From: Haliotis rubra
Taxonomy: Eukaryota
Assembly: GCF_003918875.1 (NCBI RefSeq)
Contig: NW_025765436.1
Span: forward strand, 496,001-560,000
Length of the DNA: 64,000 nt
Direction: 5' to 3'
The position numbers and the translations under genes are program-made. Each line of letters begins with the position of its first letter. The first letter of the stretch is position 1. This document shows positions 11,801 to 24,870 of this stretch, in pieces. Below the pieces are notes generated by a model. It ran no database searches, was not told the DNA's origin, and worked only from the letters and a program-made list of their open reading frames with translations.

Positions 11801-14800
11801 CTCCTGCACACAGTTTCCCAGTCTTATGTCATGAGATCATTCTCCTGTCCACAGTTTCCCAGTCTTGTCATGAGATCACTCTCCTGCCCAGTTTCCCAGG
11901 CTTATGTCCACAGCTTTTTTCCAGTCTTATGTCATGAGATCACGCCCCTGTCCACAGTTTCCCAGCCTTATGTCATGAGATCATGCCCCTGTCCACAGTT
12001 TCCCAGCCTTATGTCATAAGATCACTCTCTTCCCCAGTTTCCCAGCCTTATGTCATGAAATCACTCCCCTGTCCACAGTTTCCCAGTCTTGTCATGAGAT
12101 CACTCTCGTGTCCACAGTTTCCCAGTCTTGTCATGAGATCATTCTCCTGCACACAGTTTCCCAGTCTTATGTCATGAGATCACTCTCCTGCCCACAGTTT
12201 CCCAGCCTTATGTCTTGAGTCCCATGTCCTACCAACCTACCACATCAGGGGTTTTCTCCGAACTGATCTGATCAAATTCCTTGTGATTCAGATTGGCATT
12301 TGTAAAGTCAAACCTGGAAAGAAAACCGTCAGTCATCGTAATGCTTCAAAGATACATATCTATCAAAGCGACACAATGAACCAAACACAAAACGCTACTG
12401 ATATAAAATTAACAAAATCTAAGAACTATATACTGTATCCCAATAACTACTTACATCAAGAGTGAAGAACAAGACATCCTTAGGGACAACGGTATTGTTG
12501 GAATAATTTTCAATAATCCTCACTGAGCATTATAATCTTCGCTTCATGCTGATTATCTATCCCATTCAATTGTTCCACTGGTTTCAGTGTCTATAAAATG
12601 GTCCAATGAAATGAAATGGGTTCGTATCAAAGCAATACAGATGCCAGTCATAGCTCGTGATGAATAGACAATTCACGGGACTGGCTGATGTTTCCACTTG
12701 AGCACAGAACAAACACACAATTTCTACAGTTTCTTAGAATAAAGAGGAATGAAAGGAATGAAAGATTATCTGTCCCCGAGCGTCAAATGTCATGTTCAAG
12801 GTTATTGCACTTATATAGCAAGTTGTGTATGGCTGCTTATACTAGCCTGGACTCATCTCCATGTTACAGTGCTAGTGCCTACCAGTCACAGTGTAACATG
12901 TGTCCCCGCTAAGACACTGCATACTGACTCCAAGCCTAGCTGTTTTACCTCCTTAACGCCAAGGTGAAGCTACAGCAAGTACAATTTTTCAACATATTTT
13001 GACATATTTTAACATATTTTGGTAAGATGTGGCCAGGGAATCAGACTACTGACCTTCTGCTTTCCAGGCAGATACTCTATCCTTTAGACCACAGATAAAG
13101 ATAACATTCACAAAAACAACACAATCAACATGAGAAGCTGGTTTCTGTCGCATGATGGAACTTACCCCATGACAGAGTCCCCAACATTCAGAAGGTGGCC
13201 AAGATGGGTGCGGCAGTGGAACTGCTGGTCATTGACCCCGAGGTCGCTCATCCTGGCTACCCAGAGATCAGCCAACACATGCTACAAACACAAAATAAAC
13301 TGATACAATTCCTGTGGTAAAAGCCCATCTAAAAAATGTGTGTCTGCTTCGGAGAAAGCAATTTGTTTCCCTGAAAAAGGCGTCAAACAACCCTGCTCTA
13401 GACAGCCACCATATGCAGCAAACAAACTATACTTCTGGTATGTATTGTTTTAAATAAATCATCAAGGAGAATATCAAGCAGATGATCCCATACTGTAAAC
13501 ATGCACATGTTTACATACCATCCATTTAACAAAATAATCAATTGTACTGAAGTCAAGCTCAACTGGATCAGTCTTTGCTAAGTTTAGCTCATAATATAAA
13601 TCTTAAAAACTCATGTAGATTGATGTAGAATGCAGAGATGCCCACAGAGGGTGGACTCCTACCTTGTTAGAGGCTGGGACTCTGTGAGGTCTGTCCTTGT
13701 CAGGGATGTAGTCGACCTGCATCACCATGTACTCAATGAGCTGTTTTGGGCCACACAGAATCCGGAAAGGTGTTCTCCAGAACACTGTGCCACTCAGTTC
13801 AGCCACTGAGGACAAAACAAAACTAAATCTAAGGACTAAAGTCATTTCTTGAGTTACATCACAAAATATATAAACATTTGAAACCAGAATGCAACAACCA
13901 TTTAATGAGTGAGTGAGTGAGTGAGATTTTACGCCACTTTTAGCATTATTCCAGCAATATCACAGCAGGGGAACACCACAAATGGGCTTCACAGATTGCA
14001 ACCATGTGGGGAATCGAACCCAGGTCCTCAGTGAGATGAGCAGATGCTTTAACCATTAGGCTACCCCATCGCCCTTGATGCTTCAAGAAATATACCAGCA
14101 ATTTCACAGCAGGGGACAAAAGGAAGGGTTCCACGTAACGCTTGCGCGTCTGAATAGACACTTCCACCTTCAGACGACCAACAGCCACCTCTGCTCTAAT
14201 ACAACTATCCACCCAAATGTCATTATGAAATTATCTACCCACCTTGCAGAGTGTTGGGGTCTATGAGGTGAATGGTCTGTGTCACCTTGTAGACGAGGCA
14301 CAGGCGGTTGATGTTGCCCAGTGACTGGGCCACCTTCTTTGGGAGACACACAATGTTGTCCTGCATACAGCAGAAAGAAACACCTCATTAAATATACTAC
14401 TCTCTGCATAAACACCTGAACTCTCTATAGGACACCATGTGGAGGTGAACTTGTTCATCAGCTGATCAACACTAAGGCTTCTTAATTCCCAGTAAAAGCT
14501 AGTGAGGAAGTCAGAGCAGCACATCACAGTACATCACAGTACATGCCACACGATCATAATCTTGTGGATATCTTATGCTTTCTTCATTCCTCAGCTTTAG
14601 CCAAAGGGGTGTACTTTAGAAACACCAAATGTTCACTCATCAGACAAACACTATCCACCAGACCATGGAGGAAGTCTAATACTCTACAATACTGATGTAA
14701 CATCAGCACACACAGCTCTAGAAATGACAAACAAGTCAGTCTGGAACAAGTATTTTATGGAGCTGTCAACAATTAAGGAGCCTATCACACAGAGGGGACA

Positions 14801-17800
14801 TTGCCTACTGCAGCACTGTCTGTCAGCACAAAATACACACATACTATCTACCTGGCCACTGTTCCTAGAATAAGCAACATCAATAGGACAGGCAAAGGAC
14901 AGAAGCAGACAAATATGACATGAGTACCTACCTTGCAGAGAGGAACAATCTCCACAGAGAAGGTGTACTTGTAGTTGTATGTGTTGTTGTGTGGGTCATG
15001 TGACACGAGCTCCTTGGCCAGCTGACACCTGAAACAACATTAGTATTGTACTGACACCTGAAACATTATTATTATTGTACTGACACCTGAAACAACATTA
15101 TTATTGTACTGACACCTGAAACAACATTATTATTGTACTGACACCTGAAACATTTTTGTACTGACACCTGAAACAACATTATCATTGTACTGACACCAGA
15201 AACATTTTTTTGTACTGACACCTGAAACATTATTATTGTACTGACACCTGAAACAACATTATTATTGTATTGACACCTGAAACAACATTATTATTGACAT
15301 TTTTGTACTCACACACCTGAACATGACACCTGAAACAACATTATTATTGTACTGACACCTGAAACATTATTTTTTGTACTCACACCTGAATCAACATTAT
15401 TACTGTACTGACACCTGAAACAACATTATTTTTGTACTGACACCTGAAACATTATTACTGTACTGACACCTGAAACAACATTATTTTTGTACTGACACCT
15501 GAAACAACATTATTACTGTACTGACACCTGAAACAACATTATTTTGGTAATGACACCCGAAACAACATAACAGTTCAGTTACAACCTGAGACAAAATCAC
15601 ATCTCAACAGACCGCCTCCGTGATGTAGTGGTTAGAGCCTCTGCCCGGAGACTGGAATTGTCGCGGGTTCGATCCCCAACCGTGTCATACCACTGAGACT
15701 GGTCAGCTTGGAGTCAGTATAATGTGTCTGAGTGGGGTGTTCATGCTTCACTGCGGCATGGTATCTCAGTGGGCTAGCACTATAAAACCAGCTTAAGTCT
15801 GGGCTAGTACAAGCAGCCACACATACACATACACACGCATGCACGTCGTCATATGAGCGAAATATTCTCAAGCACGACGTTAAACCGAATTTCACCTCAC
15901 CTCACCCCACATCTCAACAACACATGAAACATTATCTTGGAACTGAAATTCTTCAAGGAACTAAAACCATGAAGAAATAAATTCATCTTCAAAATATTTG
16001 TTTATGTTTGTCAAAAAGCTATATAAACTGGTATTCTCACTTGCAAGGCACATATGTTGAAAGAAAGTCTGTCAGCTTCCTGGCATCCTGTTGACTGGCA
16101 TAGAAGAAGTCCAAACCACCTGACATGGAGGGAAAATGTCATGTATATAGCATGTCATGTCATGTTTCAGTCGACTTTCAGCAATATATGTAGTGAATTT
16201 GACTTTACAACACTTTCAACAGCATTTCATTTATATCATAGCATTTCAGGTTGATGGCTGTCGAAGGCTTGAAGTAATGCATGTCTTTGTGAGTGAGTGA
16301 GTGAGTGAGTGAGTATGGTTTTAGGCCGCTTTTAGCAATATTCCAGCAATGTCACGGCGGGGACACCAGAAATGGGCTTCTCACATTGAAACCATGTGGG
16401 AAATCGAACCTGGGTCTTCAGCATGACGAGCAAACGCTTTAACCACTAGGCTACCCCACCGCCCGCATGTCTCAGACATTGCTTCTATGATGAAACCTAA
16501 GTTTGGTGGTAACAAACCTAGGAACACAATGTAGATGAACCAGGATTCAATATACACAATTCACAGGTTATTAGCTAGCCTAAGGGAGGCAACTCTGCAC
16601 AGAAGATTGCTGCACCTTAAATCAGCCACCAGTTCCCCCTTACAGAAATAATCATTATTATTGTTAGGGACCGTTCAAAATTTATGGCAAGAGGGATGAT
16701 GATGATTTTTATGGAGAAGCATGTGCAAAATTAATGACAACCCCTCCATAATTTTTAACCATATCTTTTTAATATTTTTTAAGTACAAAACTGCTGACTC
16801 TAAATGACTCCAAAAGACTTTACTGATGACAACGATATCATTTTTCACTCATTTAAAGATAAATTTGAAGGGAAACATCTAATAACAATTACTTCTGAAA
16901 TGTCAGTAGTAAATGTGTTGTAATTGCAAGTGTGCTGACAAGGAAAACCCTTTTAGAGAGGTTTTTGAATGGCATTCTGAAGGACAAATATATACATGTC
17001 AATTTCTTCATTATGAGGAACACAATGGAATGTATTCTAACTCCTTCATGAGGTGAATGAGAGAGGCCCTCACCATATATTGGCTTGATGTTGACAGTGT
17101 TGGAGTGGGCCTTGTGCTTCAGGATCAGCTGCTCCAGGTAAAAGAAGGTCTTCTTGTGATCAGTCTACAGTCAAAGAAAATCAAATTAAAACAAACAAAA
17201 GTCAAATGTTCTAGTATGAAACTTTTCATGCTTTATTAAAAGTACTAATACTCCCTATATAAGGAATTTTGTGACTTATCTACGTGGCTTAACGAGTGAC
17301 CTATGTTTCATGTTAGCTGCACATATTCATGATCACAAGTCTCGGCTTCATAGGGAAATGACGGTAACAACTTTCCAACTTTACTAAGAATGTTGCTAAA
17401 ATAAATCTTTTATTCCATCATAACTATGTATGTTTATAAGATCTGACAAATCCTCAATAGCTTGTATAGGGTGAACCTTGAGTGAAATCTGATCACTCAA
17501 TCTAAATGAAGAACATGTGGATTCTTGATTGAGAAAGAGTAAGTAAGCAAGTTTCTAAAAAATGAGCTTTATTTCTTAACGGTCTTGACAGAAAACACCA
17601 CTGAACAAATATATCCTAGTTACAGTGAAGCCCTTTTAGATGCCATGCTGTATAAAATATCCACAACAATATACTATCACAACATTTATTATCTTTCATT
17701 CAGAATCACTCACTTTTCTTCATTTTATGAGACACACTTATCAGTTACTCTGAATGCTTTACTCACTCATACCAAGAATTCATAATTCTTGAAACTGATT

Positions 17801-20800
17801 AGTCAGGTAGAAAGTTGTCTTGAATAGGATTCGTAATATCTTCACACAGAGAAGTATCATATGGAAGCAAAAGATTTGATTTTTAATGAGATTGACATGG
17901 CTGTAATCTGGAAGGAGACGAGTACCTTCTGTCTAACTTGAACCACTGCCTTCCAGTAGTCTTTGGCCTCCACACGCTGACAATCTTCACAGATCTGACT
18001 GTTAACAACAAACTCCACCACAAACACCTGCTGCAACACTGCACCATTCATCACCTGTACAAAATTGAAAATTTTAACTATAAATTGTATATTTATATAC
18101 TTATCCTATCTCATGGTATGCACTTCTCTCTCTTGCTTCGACACTGACTGACTGACTTGAGTTTAGTTTTACCGCTTTTATATATTCCAGCAATATCATG
18201 GGCTAAACACATTGTGCCCATGTGTCGAACCCGGTCTCTTCGCGACGAGCCAACGCTTTTAACCACTAGGTTACCCCAATCGCCTTGCACACTGAGTGGA
18301 ACGATGTAAACTTTTCTCCCAGGGCATCTCTTGTACATTCGCCCATGCACTCCATGCTGCCCCCCTTATCAGACAGCTTCCCAGCCGTCAACCAAAGCAT
18401 GCAGCACGCCCCACTATCTACCCAATTGTCACCTTTGGATCATTATTCTCGTTCTTGGAGCCACTAGGATAATCTTGGTCTTGGATAATCTGCATAGCAG
18501 GGAGGTTGGGCAGGAATCCATCGCATGAGATAGGATAAGTATATAAATTTGCTGTATCTTAAAGGCGGCTGTTGTCCGAAAGTCTGCGTAGGTCGATTTA
18601 CCAACCTCACAGTGTGTTCTGAAGAAACGCCGTGTTGGAAGTAACATCATGTGACTGAAGATAATGGCCGAATCGAACTGATTCAGTGAATCAGTATAGC
18701 TGGAAAGCAAGGTCCGAGGAAAGGATGGTTCGGCGAATGCTGGCAGTTCGGTGAATACTGATGGTTGCATACCGTGAGATAGGATAAGTTTAAAAAATAC
18801 ACATATCAGTGAGAAATACAGAGATGTATTACAGAAAAATAGGTCTTGCTGTTGTCTCACACAATCAATTTCCACTCATAAAGATTACTGTAAGTTACTT
18901 TCCTTGATTTCATCCATGAAGTGTCTAAGTGCATGTATTTGTATCCTTTGACCCATCTACCCATCTACACTCAAGATGCTTGTCAGACTCGAAGTACTAA
19001 CAGATCATGGACAAACAGATGGAATATTGAGGAGTATGTGATTGCCCCAACAAACAAACAAGGATCTAACACTTAAGAAATATATTTAACCATCAAATAT
19101 GTATTTGGGTTTTGGACACAATTCCCTTTCAATCTGAGGGACCGTTCATAACTTTTGTGTGTGTGCTGCGCAATGTGGGGAGGGGGTCAGCAATTTTGGG
19201 TACTGGGGTAGGGGTGTCAGCAATTTGGTACATAAAAATATGTTTAATATTATGCTTAGAAATTATGGGAAGGGGAGGGAGGTCATTGACTTTGTACATG
19301 ACATGCAGGGGGTCACCTATTTTGTACATGAATTTTAGGGGGGGGAAACATCAACACTGTACACTTCTCCATAAAAATCATCATCACCCCCTAGCCATAA
19401 ATTATGAACGGTCCCTAACAACTTTCATGACAAAAATGACAAATTGTGAATGTTATTGTGCACCTCTTTCTGTACAGAGAGTTTGACTTTGACTCTCTGT
19501 GAATGGGGTTCCGTCCAGATGAATCCCGCATCAACCAGGTTGACCTGAAGAAATATGTCAAACTCAAACACTGGAGAATTCACATATGGGTTCATGAATA
19601 AAGCATCATATTGTAAAAGAAACAATGTTACTTCAGATGGCTTTTGTTTTAATGCTTCAATATTTTCAGTTATGATCTTTTGTCCATTTTCAAAAGAACT
19701 GTGTTGGAGCACTCAATCCAAAGCTCTTTGTCAAGGGAGAGTACTCATTAGGTACCAGTAAAAGACACCACACATCATTATCACTTTAATTTTTATGCAT
19801 AACAACTTCATATAGTATGATAATATTAGGAACATAACTGTTCCAATCTAAACATGACCAAAACTTTGCAAGAACATTAACAATGAACCATGTGTCATGG
19901 TATGCTGGCATGCTGCAAGTTTTGACTGTCAAAATTAAAATTTTCCTGTAAGTAATAAGGCTCATCGTTTTGATTGATAAACATCTCAACAGTTTGACTG
20001 ATAAATCTAAAAAAGTGTGTCACAAAGAATACAGTCACACATCATAGGTTTTGAACGACTTCAATGATATTTGCAAGGGCTGCAACTAGCCCAAGGACAT
20101 TGCTACTTTAAAGTCAAGAGGCTTTCTTCAACATGCCCTACCTTTGCCAGTCCTTTAAGCCTCTTGAGACACACTGACAGAAGCTCCCTGGACTCCAGCT
20201 GGGCAGATATCCATGTGGCTGGAGGCTGCAGATACCTGACAGTACATGTATAATATAGTTCTTGTGTTGGTTTCTTGGTCCACAAAGTGTACAAGTCCTT
20301 ACCCAGATAGAGACAAATCTTTCACATACTTGTACATTTGCCTTAAATAAGTCTGCTGAACAAATCTTACCTTCTTAACCAAGGGAGGTAATTATACTGA
20401 CATAAAACTACTTTTTACAATGAATGGCATATTTTGGTGTAGGTACTAGCACTGTTTTTAAGCAAGAAACAAGTAGTTAGTACCTACAATAAAACATCAT
20501 ATTCATTAGCATGAATAGTACAAGATCATGTTCTTGAAGACAATCTCTGAAAATAAATAGTAAGCATCCACCCTTATCAATGTTCTAAATGCCCAGGGTA
20601 TCATTATGAAAGAGCAACAAAGAGTTCAAATTAAAGCACATAAGTCAAGGAGTCCTTGTCATTGCCTCGTGTTAAAGTTGAAGCATGATGGGGTCCCTGG
20701 ATTCAAATGCTTAGGCGACAGATCTCCAGGAACCAAGGACTGCTAACTATAGAAACTTGTACCTAGTGATTTAAGATACAGTAGCTGCTTTGTCAAACAT

Positions 20801-22482
20801 AAAGCTTACCTTTCACATTTACGACAGAAATAGAGCACTGCCTGTTTGGGGATTCCCTCTGTGATGTCAATCTGTCCTCGGAGACATGCTACACATGTAT
20901 TTGTTGGGTTTGGCTCTATTGGGGTTCCACACTGACAGCAAAGTCTGAACAACAAAACATGTATGTCTAGTTTTAGGTTCATGCAACTTAGGAAGCCTGT
21001 TTCACAGGCGTCATGGTCACTCTGGCCTCGGGTACTATCTCTTATACTTCAAGCTACAAAGTGAGAGACCAATAGAGACCTGGTGGAGGTACACCTTGGT
21101 TAATGATTGTACAAAGCTTTGAACATAATTTCTGTTAATATCATGGTGATACAGATCATATAGGTTCTGCGCTGATACCAATGACTGCTGGGTAACCAAG
21201 CAGGCATGCATCATATATTTTACAGTGAAGCCCCGTTAGTCCGGACTCCGATAATCCGGATGTCTCGCCTCCCGGGCGATTTCAGCTTGTTACCAATCTA
21301 TGCCTATATAATTTGCCTCGATAATCCGGAAATTCGGTTCCCGGAACCGGACGGTAAGTAGCTGTCACCAATCAGTAAAATAAACAGTAAATTGCTTCAC
21401 AGTCCGGACGCTGTAAGTCATGTTCACAAACCGTAACAACACCTCCCGGCGATATTTACTTAATTAACTGGCCAGCTGGGTTGTTGTTTTAATTACACAT
21501 AAAAAGCTCCCGACTGAAGATACTGTACATTTACGCGTGGATGACAAGTTAGCTGTTTTCTGATTGGTTAATGTACTTTGACAGACAGATCCGGTCATGT
21601 GGACTAAAAGTGATTTTGCTTTACGACAATGCTGCAAGTCACAAGTGTCCTTCGCTAACTTTGCGAAATGTGACCAAATACCACGATCATATTCAACCGA
21701 TGGATGCAGGAATAATTCGACATTCAAGGCATACTACAATAGATCGCTGAGTTAGACATTACCTCACCTGTGTTGAGGAAGGACGGATCAGACACGCCGA
21801 TCAACATGGATGTCACTCGGTAAAATTATTGATGTGATGAATTAGGCTTTACATTAAATGCTTATTTGTTTTATCCAGATTCGTGGTCGCTGTGAATTTT
21901 AGGGAAGCAACTTGGGTCTTGATTCAGTAGTCCGATTCATTCGCTAACTGACTTTAATTTACTGAGAAACGAACCGGATCCGGATTAACGAGGCTTCACT
22001 GTATATATATCCCAATATCTTATATATATATATATATATTATCTTATATATCTTATATTTCTTATATATATCTTACATATTTCTTATATATCTTAAATGT
22101 ATTTTAAAAATAACTCCAAAATATGCTGAAGATAATAGAGTAGGACAAAATCTACTGAAGTGGTTACAAGTAATAACAGTATGACTAAAACTTTCTATCA
22201 CTTCCAAATAAGGGACCGTTCATAATTTAGGGCTAGAGGTGGTGATGATGATTTTAAGGGGGGTCACCCATTTTGTTCTGGGGAGGTACAGTAGGGGTGT
22301 CATCAATTTTGTACATACGTACTAAAGGGTGTGTGTGTGTTTTGTCATCAATTTTGCTCAATGTAATATTAAAAAATTATGGGAAGGGCAGGGGGTCATT
22401 GACTCTGTACATGACATACAAGGGATGGGGGTGGGGTGGGGGGTTGTACATACATTTTAGGGGGTCATTCCCATTGCACATT

Positions 22483-22570
<88 letters not shown>

Positions 22571-22708
22571 TAAATTATGAACGGTCCTTAAACGAACATG
22601 ATCATGATGATAATTATGAACGGCCATCTGAGTGCCACACTGGCCCACAGGTTAGTAAACTTACATAGTGTTTAGGGACTTCTCTTGGTTGTCTGTCATG
22701 TACTCCAT
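8837..22708 (-). CDS. NMD3: 60S ribosomal export protein NMD3, complete, about 504 aa
   Basis: 15 coding exons (minus): 22665-22708, 20810-20944, 20142-20235, 19464-19544, 17926-18054, 17074-17164, 16041-16119, 14932-15028, 14243-14360, 13663-13805, 13166-13281, 12241-12313, 9736-9842, 9404-9474, 8837-8973; total 1515 nt, all GT-AG, in frame. Motifs: MEYM..ILCCQCGTPIEPNP.N.CVACLR, LVDAGFIWTEPHSQRVKVK, W.AVVQVRQK..HKKTFFYLEQLILKH, GLDFFY, NYKYTFSVEIVPLCKD, DYNEFLEDLEED, and the C-terminal NES ISLQEMLEDLHI. Confidence 0.97.
10247..12222. repeat. 37-40-bp minisatellite, about 50 copies, in an NMD3 intron
   Basis: Unit CACAGTTTCCCAGTCTTATGTCATGAGATCACGCCCCTGTC with variants. Confidence 0.97.
13906..14075 (-). 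mobile_element. SINE family A
   Basis: Full-length match with (GAGT)n tail on the plus strand. Confidence 0.85.
15022..15570. repeat. 24-30-bp minisatellite overlapping an NMD3 3' splice site, about 20 copies
   Basis: Unit CTGACACCTGAAACAACATTATTATTGTA; the leftmost copy is the real intron/exon junction at 15028/15029. Confidence 0.95.
15610..15908 (+). mobile_element. RUDI/Meta-type SINE with internal deletion
   Basis: Reverse-complement match to 3311-3661; target-site duplication CACATCTCAACA on both sides. Confidence 0.85.
16289..16464 (-). mobile_element. SINE family A
   Basis: Full-length; flanked by the direct repeat GCATGTCT. Confidence 0.85.
18096..18790. mobile_element. Non-autonomous TIR element (ACTTATCCTATCTCAYG termini) with an internal SINE fragment
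   Basis: Left ACTTATCCTATCTCATGGTATGCA near 18099; inverted copies near 18524-18540 and 18766-18789; deleted family A SINE at about 18145-18285. Confidence 0.6.
19138..19415. mobile_element. PIF/Harbinger-type (Tourist-like) MITE
   Basis: TIR GGGACCGTTCATAA...TTATGAACGGTCCC, flanks TGA/TAA. Same family at 16667 (left half only), 22212, 39187 and 51694. Confidence 0.8.
21223..22001. mobile_element. Tc1/mariner-pogo (Tigger-like) non-autonomous element
   Basis: TA|CAGTGAAGCCCCGTTAGTCCGGA ... TCCGGATTAACGAGGCTTCACTG|TA: about 23-bp TIRs, TA duplication, subterminal ATAATCCGGA repeats. Confidence 0.88.
22212..22588. mobile_element. PIF/Harbinger-type MITE containing an expanded (CA)n tract (about 22484-22566)
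   Basis: GGGACCGTTCATAAT...ATTATGAACGGTCCT, TAA on both flanks. Confidence 0.8.
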
Positions 22709-22996
22709 GATTGCTCAAAACAGTGCCCTTATCACGTCGCTTTGTGGTTTAGATTCTGAAGGAATGAGTTGCTAAACTGACAACTATATCAATAAGCACT
22801 CTTGCACATTCTGCCTGCCATGTGTTGAGCAAGGTTGTGACATCACGGGAACCTGCTGCATTATCTCCCTTGAATATTATTTGCTTTACAACAAATAACA
22901 TGTTTTATTCTCAAGAACATCCTCTGAATGACGGTTATATGTACAACAGAAGCGACTGCCAGTTTTGTCATGGAAATCAAAACGGGATCTATTCAA

Positions 22997-23233
22997 ATGG
23001 TCCGAAGGACAAAAAGGCCGTGATGAAGTCAAATGGACCGTGGTGAAAGTCAAATGGGCCGTGAAAAAATGTTAAAAGGGCCTTAATTTTTAGTCATATG
23101 GGCCGACCAAAAAAAGGTTTACAAATGTTTTTCATTTTTTATTGACATATAGCATTAAAACATACTATCATAACATGGACTAATCCCCCAAAAAAAAAAA
23201 AGAAAAAAAGCACCAAACAAACAAAGAAAACGG

Positions 23234-23265
<32 letters not shown>

Positions 23266-24301
23266 CCCACCCACAAATCCTTTACATAAAAACGGACAAA
23301 ATCCTCCCTACTCATCTTTAGCTTTAGATTAAGGTTCTGCTGGTCTTTGATCAACACTTAATCCCCTTTGATGTTTCCCTGATGATTAATTGGCTGAGCA
23401 GGGACTGATTGGTTTAATTAACTCAATCCTTTAATCCTTGTTATCATGTTTTGATAGAACAGCTTCACTAACAATTGCAGAAGAGTTTGACAAGATTGTT
23501 TTAGCTGTGTTATGTGGCTGGTGAGAAGACGCTCCCAGATAGGAAAAGAAAATTATCTTTTTTAAATCTTTAATCATACGTGTTTGAAGATGCCCTGTTA
23601 CATAACCTGTAAATAGTGTTTGAGTGGGATTTTAGGGGACTTTTAGTATGATATGTAGGAAGGTTTGTAGAACATATCTGCCAAGTTTCATTTCTTCATC
23701 ATTTTTTCCGACCTTTTTGCTAATTTGACTGGCCTACAGATTTCTTGCCAGGCATTGGCCGCTGTATGCGAACTGATGTTTGAAGTGATGTTTGATGAAA
23801 TGGTGTGCCACTGACAAATAACTGACTGACTGACTGAGTTTGGTTTTACGCCGCTTTTAGCAATATTCCAGCAATATTACGGCGGGGGACACCAGAAATG
23901 GGCTTCACACATTGTACCCATGTGGGGAATCGAACCCGGGTCTTCGGCGTGACGAGCAAACGCTTTAACCACTAGGTTACCCCACCACCCCCTGCTGACA
24001 AATAAATAAATGGATATCTTAAACTCAGGACTGTTTGCCTTGGGGTGGGGTTCCTACGATGCAATATTGGGGGGATTTTGTCCGGTTACCCAGCTATGGA
24101 CCTGGCAGAAGTTGAACAGGTCGTGTGTTGCAGCCTTCTTCACCTATAACAACAAGGTTAATTGATCTAATTAAGAATCATTAATAATAAATTTTATTAT
24201 GTAATTTATTACATTTTAATTTTTCGGCCCTTTTTCGGCCTTTTTTACTTTTGATTTCGGCCCATTTGACTTTTTTTCGGCCCTTTTGTTCTTCGGCCCA
24301 T
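22997..24301. mobile_element. Composite non-autonomous TIR element with subterminal GGCCG repeats
   Basis: Left ATGGTCCGAAGGACAAAAAGGCCG..AAGTCAAATGGGCCG is inverted at right as CGGCCCATTTGACTT..CGGCCCTTTTGTTCTTCGGCCCAT. Inner inverted pair CGGACAAAATCC (about 23292) / GGATTTTGTCCG (about 24073). No TSD identified. Confidence 0.6.
23822..23992 (-). mobile_element. SINE family A
   Basis: Near-consensus copy with (ACTG)n tail variant and TSD CTGACAAATAA. Confidence 0.88.
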
Positions 24302-24639
24302 ACAGTTTGTATTTAGTACATATTCAAATCATTTGAAGCACCGTCGGTTTACTTTGGACGTATTCCCACGTTGAAATTTTTGGTATTTGACGGGAATCAC
24401 TTAAATTCGGCACTTGATTCATAATTTTTTATCACACCCATGGCGTGGATCATTGCTCTGTATCAGTCAAGGAGTGTCGTCACATAGCAGGGATAGTGTG
24501 TGCGCGCGTGTGTGAGAGAGATACAGGGAGAGAGGGTTTATTATATCCACGTGGCAAGGTGGTGAAGTTTTTATCGCACTATCTGCACTGTCCAACAGCT
24601 CAAACAGGAGGACGTGTGTGTACTTGATCTCTAAACAAT

Positions 24640-24870
24640 ACAACGGGAAAGTTCTATGGATATACAACCACTTTATTCAAATGTAATCAACGTTTCGGTG
24701 TAGCGTCGTACACTTGATTGATAACGAAGTTAGCAGCTACACCGAGTGAGTTTAGTTTTACGCCGCACTCAGCAATATTCCAGCTATATGGCGGCGAGCT
24801 ACACCGAAACGTTGCTTACAATATAAAAACATATTATAGTTGTACATGCATTGAACTTTTCCCGTTGTTC
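24640..24870. repeat. Decayed palindromic element interrupted by a SINE 3' fragment
   Basis: CAACGGGAAAGTTC..CAACGTTTCGGTGTAGC is mirrored by GCTACACCGAAACGTTG..GAACTTTTCCCGTTG; the SINE piece at about 24745-24797 has TSD AGCTACACCGA. Confidence 0.7.

Noticed and set aside
10514-12177. Repetitive ORFs (MRSRPCPQF...)
   Set aside because: Translations of the intronic minisatellite, antisense to NMD3, with stops in variant units.
14455-14530. Possible intronic C/D snoRNA in NMD3 (minus: GTGATGT ... CTGA, about 70 nt)
   Set aside because: Imperfect C box, no convincing terminal stem and no rRNA/snRNA complementarity that I can recognise; would need snoscan or small-RNA data.
18429-19486. Longer unassigned ORFs (18429-18875, 19112-19486; likewise 22273-22668, 29589-30425, 31311-31712)
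   Set aside because: They fall in MITEs, SINEs, microsatellites or antisense to real exons and show no protein motifs.
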